Assembly: GCA_951804945.1 (NCBI GenBank)
Contig: OX638150.1
Location: forward strand, 43,896,001-43,960,000
Reading direction: 5' to 3'
Length of the DNA: 64,000 nt
Source: Podarcis cretensis
Lineage: Eukaryota
Made by a program: the position numbers and the translations under genes. Positions 27,560 to 40,083 of the stretch are shown here, in pieces. The notes below the pieces were generated by a model. That model ran no database searches. It saw only the letters and a list, made by a program, of their open reading frames with translations, and was not told where the DNA came from. Each line of letters starts with the position of its first letter. Positions within the stretch are counted from its first letter, which is position 1.

Positions 27560-28910
27560 ACCATTTGGATCCCTTCCAGTCGGGATTCAGGCCTCATCAT
27601 GGGACTGAAACTGCCTTGGTCGCACTGGTTGATGATCTCCGGCGGGCTAGGGACAAAGGTGAGAGCTGTTTCCTAGTTCTGCTGGATCTCTCAGCGGCGT
27701 TTGATACCATCGACCATAACATCCTTCTGGACCGTCTTGAGGGGCTGGGAGCTGGGGGCACTGTTATACAGTGGTTCCGCTCCTTCCTCCTGGGCCGTGT
27801 TCAGAAAGTGGTGGTGGGGGATGAGTGTTCAGACCCCTGGGCTCTCACTTGTGGGGTGCCTCAGGGTTCTGTCCTCTCCCCCATGCTTTTCAACATTTAC
27901 ATGCAGCCACTGGGAGAGATCATCAGGAGGTTTGGGCTGGGTGTTCATCAGTATGCAGATGATACCCAGCTCTACCTCTCTTTTAAATCAGAACCAGTGA
28001 GGGCGGTGAAGGTCCTGTGTGAGTGTCTGGAAGCGGTTGGAGGATGGATGGCGGCTAACAGATTGAGGTTGAATCCTGACAAGACAGAAGTACTGTTTTT
28101 GGGGGACAGGAGGCGGGCAGGTGTGGAAGATTCCCTGGTCCTGAATGGGGTAACTGTGCCCCTGAAGGACCAGGTGCGCAGCCTGGGAGTCATTTTGGAC
28201 TCACAGCTGTCCATGGAGGCACAGGTCAAATCTGTATCCAGGGCAGCTATTTACCAGCTCCATCTGGTACGTAGGCTGAGACCCTATCTGCCTGCGGACT
28301 GTCTCGCCAGAGTGGTACATGCTCTGGTTATCTCCCGCTTGGACTACTGCAATGCGCTCTACGTGGGGCTACCTTTGAAGGTGACCCGGAAACTACAACT
28401 AATCCAGAATGCGGCAGCTAGACTGGTGACTGGGAGCGGCCGCCGAGACCATATAACACCGGTCTTGAAAGACCTACATTGGCTCCCAGTACGTTTCCGA
28501 GCACAATTCAAAGTGTTGGTGCTGACCTTTAAAGCCCTAAATGGCCTTGGTCCAGTATACCTGAAGGAGCGTCTCCTCCCCCATCGTTCTGCCCGGACAC
28601 TGAGGTCCAGCTCCGAGGGCCTTCTGGCGGTTCCCTCACTGCGAGAGGTCAAGTTACAGGGAACCAGGCAGAGGGCCTTCTCGGTAGTGGCGCCCACCCT
28701 GTGAAATGCCCTCCCATCAGATGTCAAAGCAATAAACAACTACCTGACATTCAGAAGACATCTGAAGGCAGCCCTGTTCAGGGAAGTTTTTAATATGTGA
28801 CATTTTAGTGTATTTTTCATCCTTGTTGGAAGCCGCCCAGAGTGGCTGGGGAAACCCAGCCAGATGGGCGGGGTACAAATAATAAATAATTATTATTATT
28901 ATTATTATTA
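27560..28910 (+). mobile_element. 5'-truncated L2-clade LINE with near-intact reverse transcriptase coding region
   Basis: Translation shows QSGFRPHHGTETAL, LLDLSAAFDTIDH, GVPQGSVLSP, YADDTQLY, LNPDKTE, SRLDYCN and LHWLP. One premature TGA at 28702 where Trp is expected; probable natural stop at 28798-28800; 3' hairpin and (TAT)n tail. Confidence 0.93.
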
Positions 28911-30649
28911 TATATAGTTCAGTAGGTTGCTGCACTCTGCATAGACATTCAACGCATCTCTCACCGAGCCTGCTCCTATTTACGTAGCCTCTGTATTCTA
29001 ATTCTTGGCCATGCTATTGCGATGTATTGTTGGAAATATATATAGAAGTTGGAGCTGCAACAATATGATGCAGTGCTGAGTGCTGCTATTAAATATTCCA
29101 ACCACTCCCTCCCTCAAACCAGATAGTCAGTCTCTGGCTCCTGAGCATGCTGTTCTCATTGGTCTGCTTTGAGATTTCCTTCCATTGGGTTTTTTCCACC
29201 ATTTTTTTTTTTTTTGTATTGCTACAAATCTTGGGGTTCCCCTATGCCTGGTAGTAGCTCCCCTTTTGTGCAAGGGCCTACAGCTTGAAAAGTGGAGCGT
29301 ACACAACATTTTGCAGCACTGCCCTTCCTCTGCAAGCTAGCACTACCCAAGGGGTGGTAGTAGCTTAGCCGCAGAGTGACTGTGATGAAGATTGGCCCAG
29401 CTTGGTCAGGACTTGAGTAATTAGCAGGTAGAGAAGATGGACAATAGCACTGACTTCAACCAGACATAGCTTAAGTTGGTGGTGCTGATGTGCACTGCTG
29501 ACTTTTACGTGAACAGTAACTACCACACTATTTACTATGGATATGCTTTAGTGCAACTCGTGTTCACAAATAAATGAACAGTGTGGTGTGCTAGCCTTTG
29601 GCATCTTGTGAAAATTTCACAGCCCTACAGTACATCAGTACAGAGAAAATATACTCAAGGCCTCAGTCACTCTACTGCAGATTTCCTGTATCATCTTTTT
29701 GAAATTCAATAGTCAGTATTCCTAGCATTGCTTAGATTCTGACTTCTGGGGCTGTGGGGAGGGGGGAATCCAACTGTTACAATTAATTGCTTAACCATAA
29801 TAGAAACAGGTACAAGCTTCCCCTTTCTGATCCTACTTATCCTCTTAAACTATGTTTTAGCAGCTTATGTTTTGTTATGTCATCGCATCATAAACTCTGG
29901 GGTCCTGGCCAAAAAGAAGAGTACAGTAATCAAAATGCAACATATTGTGAAATCTAAGGGCCTCCTTTCTAACATTTCTAGTGTATGAGAAAAAGTCGGA
30001 GGAGGGTACCCAAGACTGTGAGAGTTTACAGCAGGACATCCTAGTGTGACCAGAGGACAACTGGTTGTGACAACCGCAAGAGTTCAGTTCAGTCTGACCT
30101 CTGTGTATTTACTTGGATGCAAGTCTCACTATGCTCAGTGGAGCTTGCTTTTCTGTGCACAGAACTGAAACCTTAATGGTGTAGCCTAGGGCTGCAAAAG
30201 CAAATGTCATAGGAAGTGAAGGAGTGGTGGCTGGGAGGGACATTTTTCCTCTCTTACAGCCGCCTTTAAAAAAAAACACAAAGCAAAACATAGAGGTTCT
30301 GATCTCCTTCCATATTTGAGCGCTCATATTTATTTGCTGTAGTCAGGAAATGCAAGTGTACAGGGGCAGGCCGGACAAACCTTCAGCGATCGGGATTAAG
30401 CAAGGGCGTGGACGCTGACCGCTGTAGTTTTGAGTGAATAAATGTGGACTAGGAGGAGGTCAGGTTCGTAAATTGGGCAAATGAAGACGGGCGTTTGAGA
30501 GGAAAGCTAAGCCTTGCAGGCTGAGGGGAAAACTTCCATTCCACTTTCCGCTGAAATCCGCCGCTGAAACTCCTGCTGCTATAAATGGAACAGCCAGCGA
30601 GTTTTTGTTTTTTAAAAAAGAATTATGTACTCGCCGGATTCCTGCTGCT

Positions 30650-32380
30650 GACTTCTGCCTGAGGCGGCCAGAGAGCGCCCTTTCCAGCCGGCGCGGCCGC
30701 TAAGGGGACGCTGCGAATTCTCCTGCTCCACCTTAAGCCGCCAAGTGTAGGGAGGCTACGGGAGGCAACAGCGCCTCCTTAAGCGGCTGCGGGTCCCGCT
30801 CGGGCGGTGGTGGAGGCGGCGGCGCGTGCGGCTGGGGGAAGGGGAGGGAGGAGCTCGTGCTGCCCGGACCAGCCCGCGCGCCGCCGCTTCCAGCAGCAGC
30901 AGCGCCTGCCGGGCGGAGGGTCTAGTTGGCGCCGCGCGGGCAAGAGCTGAGGCCAAGGCGGAGCGGCGCACGGGGGCAGCGAAGCCCCGGGGGAGGCGGC
31001 CACACCATGGCCGGGCCCCCGCCGCCGCCCCCGGGCCAGGAGGCGCCGCGCTACCAGGAGTGGATCTTGGACACCATCGACTCGCTGCGCTCGCGCAAGG
31101 CGCGCCCGGACCTGGAGCGCATCTGCCGCATGGTGCGCCGGCGGCACGGCCCGGAGCCGGAGCGCACCCGCGCCGAGCTGGAGAAGCTCATCCAGCAGCG
31201 CGCCGTGCTCCGCGTCAGCTACAAGGGAAGCATCTCGTACCGCAACGCTGCGCGGGTCCAGCCGCCTCGGCGAGGCGGAACGCCCGCCGCCAGCCCCGCG
31301 GCCCCGCAGCGGCCGGCCCGCACTTCCCCGCCCAGCGCTCCCGCCGCCGCCGCCGCCGCCGCCGCCACCGCGACGCCCCGGTCCTCCCAGCGTGCAGCGC
31401 CCCGCGCGGAGCCAGCCGCGCCGCCGCCGCCGCCGCCACCTCCGCCGCCACCGCCGCAGCCGCCGCCTCCTCGTCGGACCGGCCGGGAGCGACCGCCGCC
31501 GCCTGCCCCCGCCCCGGAGGAGCCCTCCCCCGTCAGCCTGCGAGAGATTGTGCGCTACTTGGGCGGCGACGGCGCCGCGCCGGGGGGCGGCCGAGTGACT
31601 CGAGGCCGAGCGCAGGGGCTGCTCCAAGAGGAGCGGCTGGAGAGGACCCGCTTGGGTGGCGGCGGGGGCGGGGGCGGCAGCGGCAACAGCGTCGCCTTGC
31701 CCAGGGCGGAGAGAGGCGCGCAGGCCCGGGCGCCCAGCGCCAGGGCTTACAGGAACAAGGTGAGGGGCTGCCGCGGCGCGCGCGGGGGGAGGGGTGGGGG
31801 CGGGGCGGCGGGGGCGCACGGGCTGAGGGGAACAGGTGAGCTTCCCCAGGACGGAAACGGACCTAGCGGAGGAGTGCGCGCGCAGGGGGCGCCCGAATAC
31901 TGGGCGCGGGGGGGGGGGGCGGGCGCCGGAGAGGAGCCGCTTTCGGGGAGGGCAGACGGCGCCCAGCCCCCCGAATGTTGTCAGCGGGCGCTCGCGCAGG
32001 TGTGCGTGTGTCTGGGAGGAAGAGTTATGGGCAGCGCCCAATCAAATCGCTTTGGCACGGGAGGGGGCGCCACGATTGGTGCCTGGGCTTCGACGGGGCG
32101 ACATTCTCCCGTGCAGTTCCGAAGTATTGTGGGAAGGTGAGCGGAAAGGCCGCCGCTGGATGGCACAACTCCGCCTGGTCCGCGGGGAACTTGCGGGGCC
32201 GAGTTGGGGAGCGGGTAAGAACCACCCCCGGGCGTGCGGAGGGGCTCCGCTCACCTGCGCGCCTGGCCCTCCGGTGACATTTGTGCGGCGTTGAGGATGC
32301 ACGACGGGCCCTGGACAGTGGCCCCTTCTCTGACCTCGCCGCCCCCCCCGCCAAACTCAGGCCGTGCCAGGCTCCGTATA
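30650..32380. promoter_or_regulatory. CpG island covering the SAMD1 promoter and exon 1
   Basis: Very high GC and CpG density against a CpG-depleted background. Confidence 0.9.
31007..31759 (+). CDS. SAMD1: SAMD1 exon 1 (CpG-binding winged-helix domain, Pro/Ala/Gly-rich region)
   Basis: Kozak CACACCATGG; MAGPPPPPPGQEAPRYQEWILDTIDSLRSRKARPDLERICRMVRRRHGPEPERTRAELEKLIQQRAVLRVSYKGSISYRNA; AAG|GTGAGG donor, phase 0. Confidence 0.95.
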
Positions 32381-32859
32381 AACACAGAACAAAGAGTCAG
32401 TTTGTGCTTGACCTAAAGGGTTCTGTAACCTCCAAATAAGGTCGGGATGTGGTGGGAGTAGTAAGGCAGCGAATGCAAGCGGGGAGCGGAGGGGGGAGCA
32501 GAAAAGGAGAAATCATGTGGTGTTGGTCAGGAGGGTGACCAGCTCTGGAATGTAACCCAATCCAGTAAGGATCAGAGCAATTATCAAGGGTAGAATACAA
32601 TTACAGTCCAGTAAAAAGAAGCCCCTTTTGGTTCTCTCTTATTTTTGGCAAGTTTTCTGCTACAAGGATGGCAATAGATTTCCATAAATCTAGGCGGATC
32701 CGCCCAACAAAGCCAAGTGGAGGGATGGTGTGGCTGAAGTTTGATTCCATCTCTTCTTGGATTAGAAGGCTCCTGCTGTGTTTCAAAGAGCCTCTGAGCA
32801 TTTTGCGGTAGTACTTTGGAGGCCTTTACCAAGACTAGCAACACCGCTGGTTCCAAGTA

Positions 32860-33084
32860 CAGTGGTACCTCGGGTTAAGTACTTAATTTGTTCCGGAGGT
32901 CCGTACTTAGCCTGAAGCACCACTTTAGCTAATGGGGCCTCCTGCTGCTGCCACGCTGCCGGAGCACGATTTCTGTTCTCATCCTGAAGCAAAGTTCTTA
33001 ACCTGAAGCACTATTTCTGGGTTAGCGGAGTCTGTAACCTGAAGCATATGTAACCTGAAGTGTATGTAACCTGAGGTACCACTG
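32860..33084. mobile_element. Full-length Tc1/mariner (Tigger-like) MITE
   Basis: TA|CAGTGGTACCTC ... GAGGTACCACTG|TA: 12-bp perfect TIR and TA duplication. Confidence 0.88.
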
Positions 33085-33493
33085 TACAGTAACTCATTTT
33101 GAACAAATAAGGGAAACTGAAGCAGGATTACAAGAAATGGCTCTGAGTAAAATTACATTGTAACTTGGAAGTAGATTGGGTTAGTTGTCAAAGTGTGCAA
33201 TCCTGTTTATGTCTAGACAGAAGTAACAGCCACAGAGGTCAGTGGTACTTAACTCCCATAAAAGTTGGCATAGGATATAGCAAAAGGCCACACCCTTAGC
33301 CTGGAAGTAAGCACCATTAACAACAATTATGTGTCGGACAGTACTGTAAAGTCAATAAAAGTGAAACAAGGAACTTGAGGCACCAACATTGAGTAAGCCT
33401 GGAGAGTTAGACACAGGGGTGATTCGTCTGGGGTGCTGTGGAAGCAGGGCCTGGATTTGTAAATATATATATGTATTCTTTTTATGTTTGCAG

Positions 33494-33872
33494 AAGGCAG
33501 GTGAGGAGGTCAAAGGTGAAGAAGAAGAAGAGGAGGAGGAGGAAGAAGAGGATGAAGCCTCCACCATGTCTGAAGGTTCAGAGGTGGCACAAGATTATGA
33601 GGCCAGCAACTACAGCAGACCTGGGATAGGCCAGGTGAACGGGGACTGTAAGGACAGCAAGCATGGTGGGAAAGAGATCCCACCCAGCAGTGCCCTCACC
33701 AGAGACCTGCGCTCCCTCGAGGAGCAGCCCTTGAACAAAGGATCAGAGCGTCCCCACCATGAAGGAAATGAGCAATGTCATACAAAGGCCTCTTGGCCTG
33801 GAGAAAGTGCCTGTCACCATCTGGGGGGCAGCAAGAAAGATGGCAGCGCCTATCAGCAGCCAGACAGAGCAG
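33494..33872 (+). CDS. SAMD1: SAMD1 exon 2 (poly-Glu acidic region)
   Basis: CAG acceptor; KAGEEVKGEEEEEEEEEEEDEASTMSEGSEV...QPDRA; 379 nt, phase 0 to 1. Confidence 0.88.
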
Positions 33873-34324
33873 GTATAGGGTATAGGGTGGGCGAGAGGGC
33901 GGGGGAATAGTTGGCTAAGCTTGACTTTTCTTGGGAGACCCAGGCCCTAGAGGGATATGGCAAAAGATCCTAATGGAGGAACCATTGGAGATGGTGATAA
34001 GATTATTGCACAGGTTTTTCCAGTGTAAATAGACCCCTGGGGTCGTTGTGCAACTCACTATTGAGAATTATGCCTAGGAGCCCTAGGCCAGGTCAGTAGT
34101 ATTATGGGTGGATGAGGAGTGGGGGGTCGGATTGTGGGAAGATGGCTTTGGCTCTCAGGTGTTTGTGCCATGGGAATTAAAACTGGCTTCTTGTTCTTCC
34201 TCAGAAGGGCTCCAGGCACACACACACACACACACAAATTCATTCACCAGCTCTGCTTTGTAAGAGAACCAGGCCCATTCCCATTTGTGTGTTTTTTTTC
34301 TCCCTCTCTCTTACTTTCTCCCAG

Positions 34325-34415
34325 TGTCACCAGCTGTTGCAGGTACTGAGCCCTCTGTGCCCTCATCCCCTGGGAGACCTGGCATCCAGGCAGATGGGAG
34401 ACCCTTCAGCTGCAC
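34325..34415 (+). CDS. SAMD1: SAMD1 exon 3
   Basis: Long pyrimidine tract; VSPAVAGTEPSVPSSPGRPGIQADGRPFSCT; GTAAGT donor; 91 nt, phase 1 to 2. Confidence 0.85.
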
Positions 34416-35543
34416 GTAAGTTTTGAGTGGGCACTAAAAACCCATTTGTTTAATGACAGCTAGTTCACCTATGGCCCTCTGTAAGGAGAGAACACTTGAG
34501 TCCCCTGCCATCAGTGCCACCACCTATTTAGGGGAATCTAGAAAAGGAACAGACAAGACGTATTCAGCAGTGAGTAAAGGCTGACTGCATCTAGAAGGGC
34601 TTTCTTCAGATGCCTCCCTCCTTCATTGGAGGAAATGAGTTGCTGCTGCCTTTCAGATTCCAAAGCAGGCACAGTGGGGTTGAAATACTTAGACGTCCTC
34701 ATTAGGCTGCTTTTCACATTGCCATATTCGTGTGACCATGATGCCATACTGGTGCCTTCCTGTTTGCTGGGATAGGCTTCCTGTTAGCCTGGCCTCTGTC
34801 ATCCATGTTCTGGGAACCTCCAAGATAGACTGCTGGAATGCACTGTCTATAGAGCTGCCTTGGGAAACTGTTCAGAAGCTGCAGTTCGTATAGAGTACAG
34901 CTGCTTGATTGCTGCCTGGGACTGGGGGTTAGGATCATGTTTTGCCTGTGCTATGTGGCTGCACTGGCTTCCATTCCATTAGTGGGTCCTGTTCAAAGGG
35001 AACTTGAAGGGCCATCTGTCTCCAGATAGGCCTCACTGACTGAGGTGAGGTGGGTGGCAACCAGAGAAAGTTTATTTTTGCTGGTGGATCCCCAGCAAGT
35101 GATGGAACATCTTCTGCCCAAAGATGTTTCCCTGACAAGATGCTATTTTTCCTTTCAGCTCCAAGCAGGTGTCTTTTTATTTACCCAAGCTTCTGAGATG
35201 AAGTTCTTGCTCTCTGTCATTTTGCGGCATTTGACTTACTTTATTATTCACATTTTGTTTTATTCTTGTAACCCCTCCCCTTCCCGCAGTATATTTGAAG
35301 GGTGGTTTAAAAATACACATAATAAATTACTGGGGTGGGGTTTGGGTGGCCCAGTACAGAAAAACTTGTCTCTTGCTCAATTTGGGTTCTTTTTATGATC
35401 TGCCACCCCCTGCCCATTCTGGATCCATGCATGCACTCTCTTCTATTTAACTCCTGGTGAGAAGTCCCCTTCACATTGTGGAGCAGGAGGCCATTGGATG
35501 CCTGGGATATGAATTCTCTTTTCTCTCTCTCTCCTCCTCGTAG

Positions 35544-35652
35544 CTCAGTGAAGGAGAAGCCTTCTGACCCAGTGGAATGGACTGTGAGTGATGTTGTGGA
35601 TTATTTCACAGAAGCTGGTTTTGCTGAGCAAGCATCTGCCTTTCAAGAACAG
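35544..35652 (+). CDS. SAMD1: SAMD1 exon 4 (SAM domain, N-terminal half)
   Basis: [36 protein letters not shown]; 109 nt, phase 2 to 0. Confidence 0.95.
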
Positions 35653-36781
35653 GTGAGAACCTTGGGATACCAAGTGAAAGATTTGGGGATTAATTCTCAA
35701 GCGGAACTCTTAGTGAAATAGAAGGCCCTGAATGGCATGGGCACTGAATGTTTAACAGGGTAGGGACTTGCATGTATTCCTAGTTGCTTAGGGGCTCTTT
35801 GTCAAATGTAAAACACGAGCCAGGGTGCATATGATTGTACATCAAAGCAGCAGTCACCATGGGGTTTTCTTGCATGCTAAAAAACCTGCCTTGCAAATAA
35901 CAGAGGTGCTTGCCAATGATTAGAGATCTGTTTCAGTTATCCATATTGCCACTCCACCCCCACCCCCCACCATTGCTTCCGACTGGCTATTCGCTTAAGG
36001 AAAAATAAAGTTACTAGAGCTCAGCAATCCTATTTGAATGTGTGTTTATGTTCATAGGAAGCATCCAGCATGGGCCTCTTTCCCTTAGTATGGGATTTGG
36101 CTCCTTCAGCCCTCTCTCCTCTTATAATCAACGCTCTCTGCCTGGTCCAATTACAGCTGTCAATGGGCTCAACCAAGGCCAAAGTCAGGCTTCCCTCTTC
36201 AGGGATCTGCACCTAGAAGCATCCCACCTTGTGAGCTGCATGCTGTCTATGGACATCTGCACCTTCAAGCCACCTTTCCATAGGCCCTGTTGCCACCTAA
36301 GCTCAACAGAGAGTGGTGTCATCATGCTTCCTATGCACTGTGTTCAGATAGAAAAGACTGAAAAATACTCTTGTGACTATTTCAAAATATGAAATTCTGC
36401 CTAGGATGGGCATTTCCTGGTGACTTGTGTTGGAGGCCTAATGGGTTGATGGCCTGGTGTTAAACCAGTGGCATGAATCGTAATTGATAATGCTTAAATA
36501 TGTGTTAAAAGGATGGGGAAGGACTAAGCATTCAAGATAGGCAAAAAAATGTGCATAAATTCAATCAAATCCATTTCTCAACCTGGAAGCTCGTCCAGAT
36601 TTATAGAACACTTTCCTTCTTCCCCCCCGGTTCACTGAGGAGGGGGATTCCTTCTTAATACAGATCTCTACTATTGCTTTCTTAAAAGAAGTGTGTGTGA
36701 TCTATATTCCGTCTCTTAATGGGGGGAGTCCCTGTGCCCTAAATGCCCTGATGTTTTGTGCCTCTGTTGCTCCCGCTGCAG

Positions 36782-36940
36782 GAGATCGATGGGAAGTCTC
36801 TTCTGCTGATGCAGCGCACCGATGTCCTGACCGGCCTCTCCATCCGCCTGGGGCCTGCTCTCAAGATCTACGAGTACCACATCAAGGTGCTGCAGCAGTG
36901 CCACTTTGAGGAGGACGAGGGCGACTCCTTCATGGGCTGA
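36782..36940 (+). CDS. SAMD1: SAMD1 exon 5 (SAM domain C-terminal half, stop)
   Basis: [52 protein letters not shown]; total CDS 1491 nt = 496 aa. Confidence 0.95.
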   Translation, partial: EIDGKSLLLMQRTDVLTGLSIRLGPALKIYEYHIKVLQQCHFEEDEGDSFMG

Positions 36941-39893
36941 GGAGGACGGGCACAGCTCGCGAAGGGTGTGGAGAGCTTGGGTGGGGAGAAGTGAACGGGG
37001 ACTCTGCCAACCGCTACAGTCTCAAGTCATTTCAGCCTTTCTCTGCCTCCATGAAAACAAAGAGAAGCAGCTGTGTGGGAAGGGGAAGAAGAACTTTGGC
37101 CAGATTTTTGTGAAAATGGTGGGGAGGACAGAAATGATGACCCAGGCTTTGCGGCTTCTCTACCCTGATTGTCCAGAGATAGGAAAGACAGGGAGGGAGG
37201 GCTGCAAAAAAACAAATCCCACCCTTCTCCCAACCTGTCTGTGTTACTTACCCCAGCATTTTACTTACCATAGTGCATTGTCTGTTCTTGGGAAAGGGTG
37301 GAAAGATGTGGTTTTTGTTCCTCTTCCCAGCCGCAGTTTAATTGAGATAATTTGTGCTTCAGCATTCCCCCTTTCCCCTTCCCCTTTACCACCACAACAA
37401 CAGCAACCACAGTAGCACTTGATGGTCCTACCTGCTCCCCCTCCCTTTGTTGCTGTTCTCAAGAAGACAAAGATAGAGCCTGCTGAAGGTGTCAGGAGGT
37501 TTTAATCAAATATCTTTTTATTCTCTTTTCTGTTTGGGTAGGCTTTTCTTCCAGTTTTCATGGTCGTTGCCCAGAGTCAACTGCTTTTTATTATTTCTTT
37601 CTTCCCATTTTTTTAAAAAAATATAAATATTTAAACTGGAAAAAACCCCAATTGGTTTAGTATTCCCAGACTTGTTAGCCTTCTGGAAGGGGTATTGGAT
37701 CACCTAAAATGAACATGTGTCTAAAGGACAAAAGTATGTGTAAAAAGAGGTGGAAGTCCTAAGTTCTGCTCTCTTTTTCTCTCCTTTTTTATTTGAGGGT
37801 GGTGATGTCACCTAGTGGTGTTGCTAAGCAGTTTATGGGATGTATTCTGACTAGTCCAGGGATGGGAGCAGAACTCTGGAGTTCTGGCTCAATTTTCAAT
37901 GCTATAATCAACTGGGGTAAAAAGTGCGGTAACATTTGCACCATCACCAGGAGGTCTAAAATGAAACACTTAGGGTTTAGGGAAGGCCTCTTTGCAGTGG
38001 CAGAGGCAGATGACTCGTTGTCTGTGTATATTCACAACCAGGTAGCTTAGCTGATGCTTCTATAGCAGATAATATAAGTGGAGCAAACAGTTTGGGGACT
38101 GAAAAGAGCAAGGAAAGGAAATGGTCCGCAGCCCTGTTCTCAGTTACGAAAAATGGGGTGGTGGGTTTTGTTGCCTTAAGAAAGGATCTCCTCTTGTTAA
38201 AGCAGGCCAAGCCCGCAAAGGTATACTGTAAAGGCAAGAGGAGGTGGTAAAAAAGACTACAGTGAAATTGGCTCTTTGTGCACATCAAATGGAGAGGATC
38301 TAGCTATGGCAGAAACACAAAATCTGAGCTTTTTTGGTGATTTTTCAGGGCACACCTCTTGAGTACCCCAGTTGCTTAGTAAGTATCCGTTTCACAAAAC
38401 AGTTTGAAACTCGTTTCACTGTCACGGCTTTCTGTAAAGAACTGTAGGAATGGAAACCTTTTGGTGAGGCTGCTGAGAGAACTCTTGTAGTATCTTAGAC
38501 CCTTTTACAGAACGACACTTCCTAGAATTTGTTGTTTTAGAGCCGTGGCAGATGAGGGTTGAAACTGGTTTAAATTTGGAATGTAGGCAGGCCCTTAGTA
38601 CAGTTTGAGGATCAGTGGATAGACAGTAGCTACCCTGTTTAGTTGTGACTCAGAAACAGAGAAGCGTACGTAGCTCGAGACACAACCCAACATGCATGCC
38701 TAAAGGAATGCACAGCTAGACAGGAGCACACTGAATTTATGTTCTCAAAATTTTATTTGGAACCATGAGGGCTAGAAACCTATTGTTTGAACTTTGAAAG
38801 CAGAGGTTCTCAATGTTGTAGCACAAAAGTGCCTCAGGGGCTTACATACCGGCTGCATGTTGCCCCCTATTGCACTAGACCCTACTATTTTGTCCAGAGC
38901 TGGGAATAAAAAAACAACAAGAGTTTTGGGTTCTAATATGTATTCTGTTTATTGGCCACCAGTTGTCAAAAGAGCTGCCATAGGAGGTGAAATGCTTTAG
39001 GAACCAATTTAGATGACTCAACAGTGGGAGTGATTTTTCCAACTCTTTGTGCTGTCCTTTTGGGAACAGAGTAGGGCTACAGAATTGGGCTGCCCGTTTA
39101 CTTCTTTGTTATTGACACTGGCCAGGGTGGAAAGAGGAGAGGACATTAATAATCCACAGTGGAAAGGTGTAGATTGGAATGGACAAAGCCAAGCAGTGTT
39201 GAGGCTTGGTTGGGACAAGGTTGTGTTGCCTGTCAGTGCAGAGGGTAGTTCAAGGAAGAGACAAGACGGAAAGGGGCTTTAGGATCCTAACTTCCTAGAT
39301 ATACTGTAGTACAGTTTAAGGGCTGATATACATGACCGTGTGCTGATGAAAACACAGATAAGGTGCTGGCTGGTTGTGTGGTGTGTTTTTTTTTTTTTAA
39401 AAAAAAACAACAGATTTGTGCTTTGGGATCTAGGCTTAAGCTGGTTGGCAATGGGCCCAGGTTGTAACATACAGGTTTTGGAAATTTGTGCAGGGGGAAT
39501 GGCCTTGGCTAAGGCTGTGCTGAGGTGCTGTGTTTACTAATTCAACATCTACAAAATCCAAAGGCGAAGTTTCCTTGGTAAAGGTGGACACGACATATTG
39601 CACAGTCTTTTATGTTGATCTAGGCTAATCTAGCTACTGGAAGTTAAACACTTAAAGGCTAGGAATTAATTTGGACCATTCTAATGAGGAGAAATAGTAT
39701 TTTAATCCTACAGCTGGTCAAATAAGTGCTCCATCACTTTGGGTGACTCTCAGTTCCAACGAAGTTTCATCTCAACCTTTATTTGAAATCTAGTTTGGAT
39801 GTGAAGCTGAAACCGGAGGTTTGGGATGGACTGGGCTGCAGAATCACAGGCACCCAGTTCAATGCGAGACTTCGCACCTGGCTCCCTCTACCT

Positions 39894-40083
39894 CAGAGCT
39901 TTCCAAACTTTTCATGTTGGCGACACACTTTTTAGACATGCATCATTTCATGACACAGTAATTTAGTTTTGGTAGCAAACCAGAGGTTAAACTAACCCTT
40001 TTCCAGCACCGGGAAGAGCGGGGAGCGTTTGCACAACACATTAACACACTAAGGTGTCGCTACACAGAGTTTGGAAAGCTCTG
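39894..40083. mobile_element. 190-bp hAT MITE
   Basis: Perfect 16-bp TIR CAGAGCTTTCCAAACT and perfect 8-bp TSD CTCTACCT (39886-39893 and 40084-40091). Confidence 0.92.

Noticed and set aside
30779-32354. Several long overlapping ORFs (420, 337, 152 aa)
   Set aside because: Stop-poor shadows of the GC-rich SAMD1 exon 1 and CpG island.
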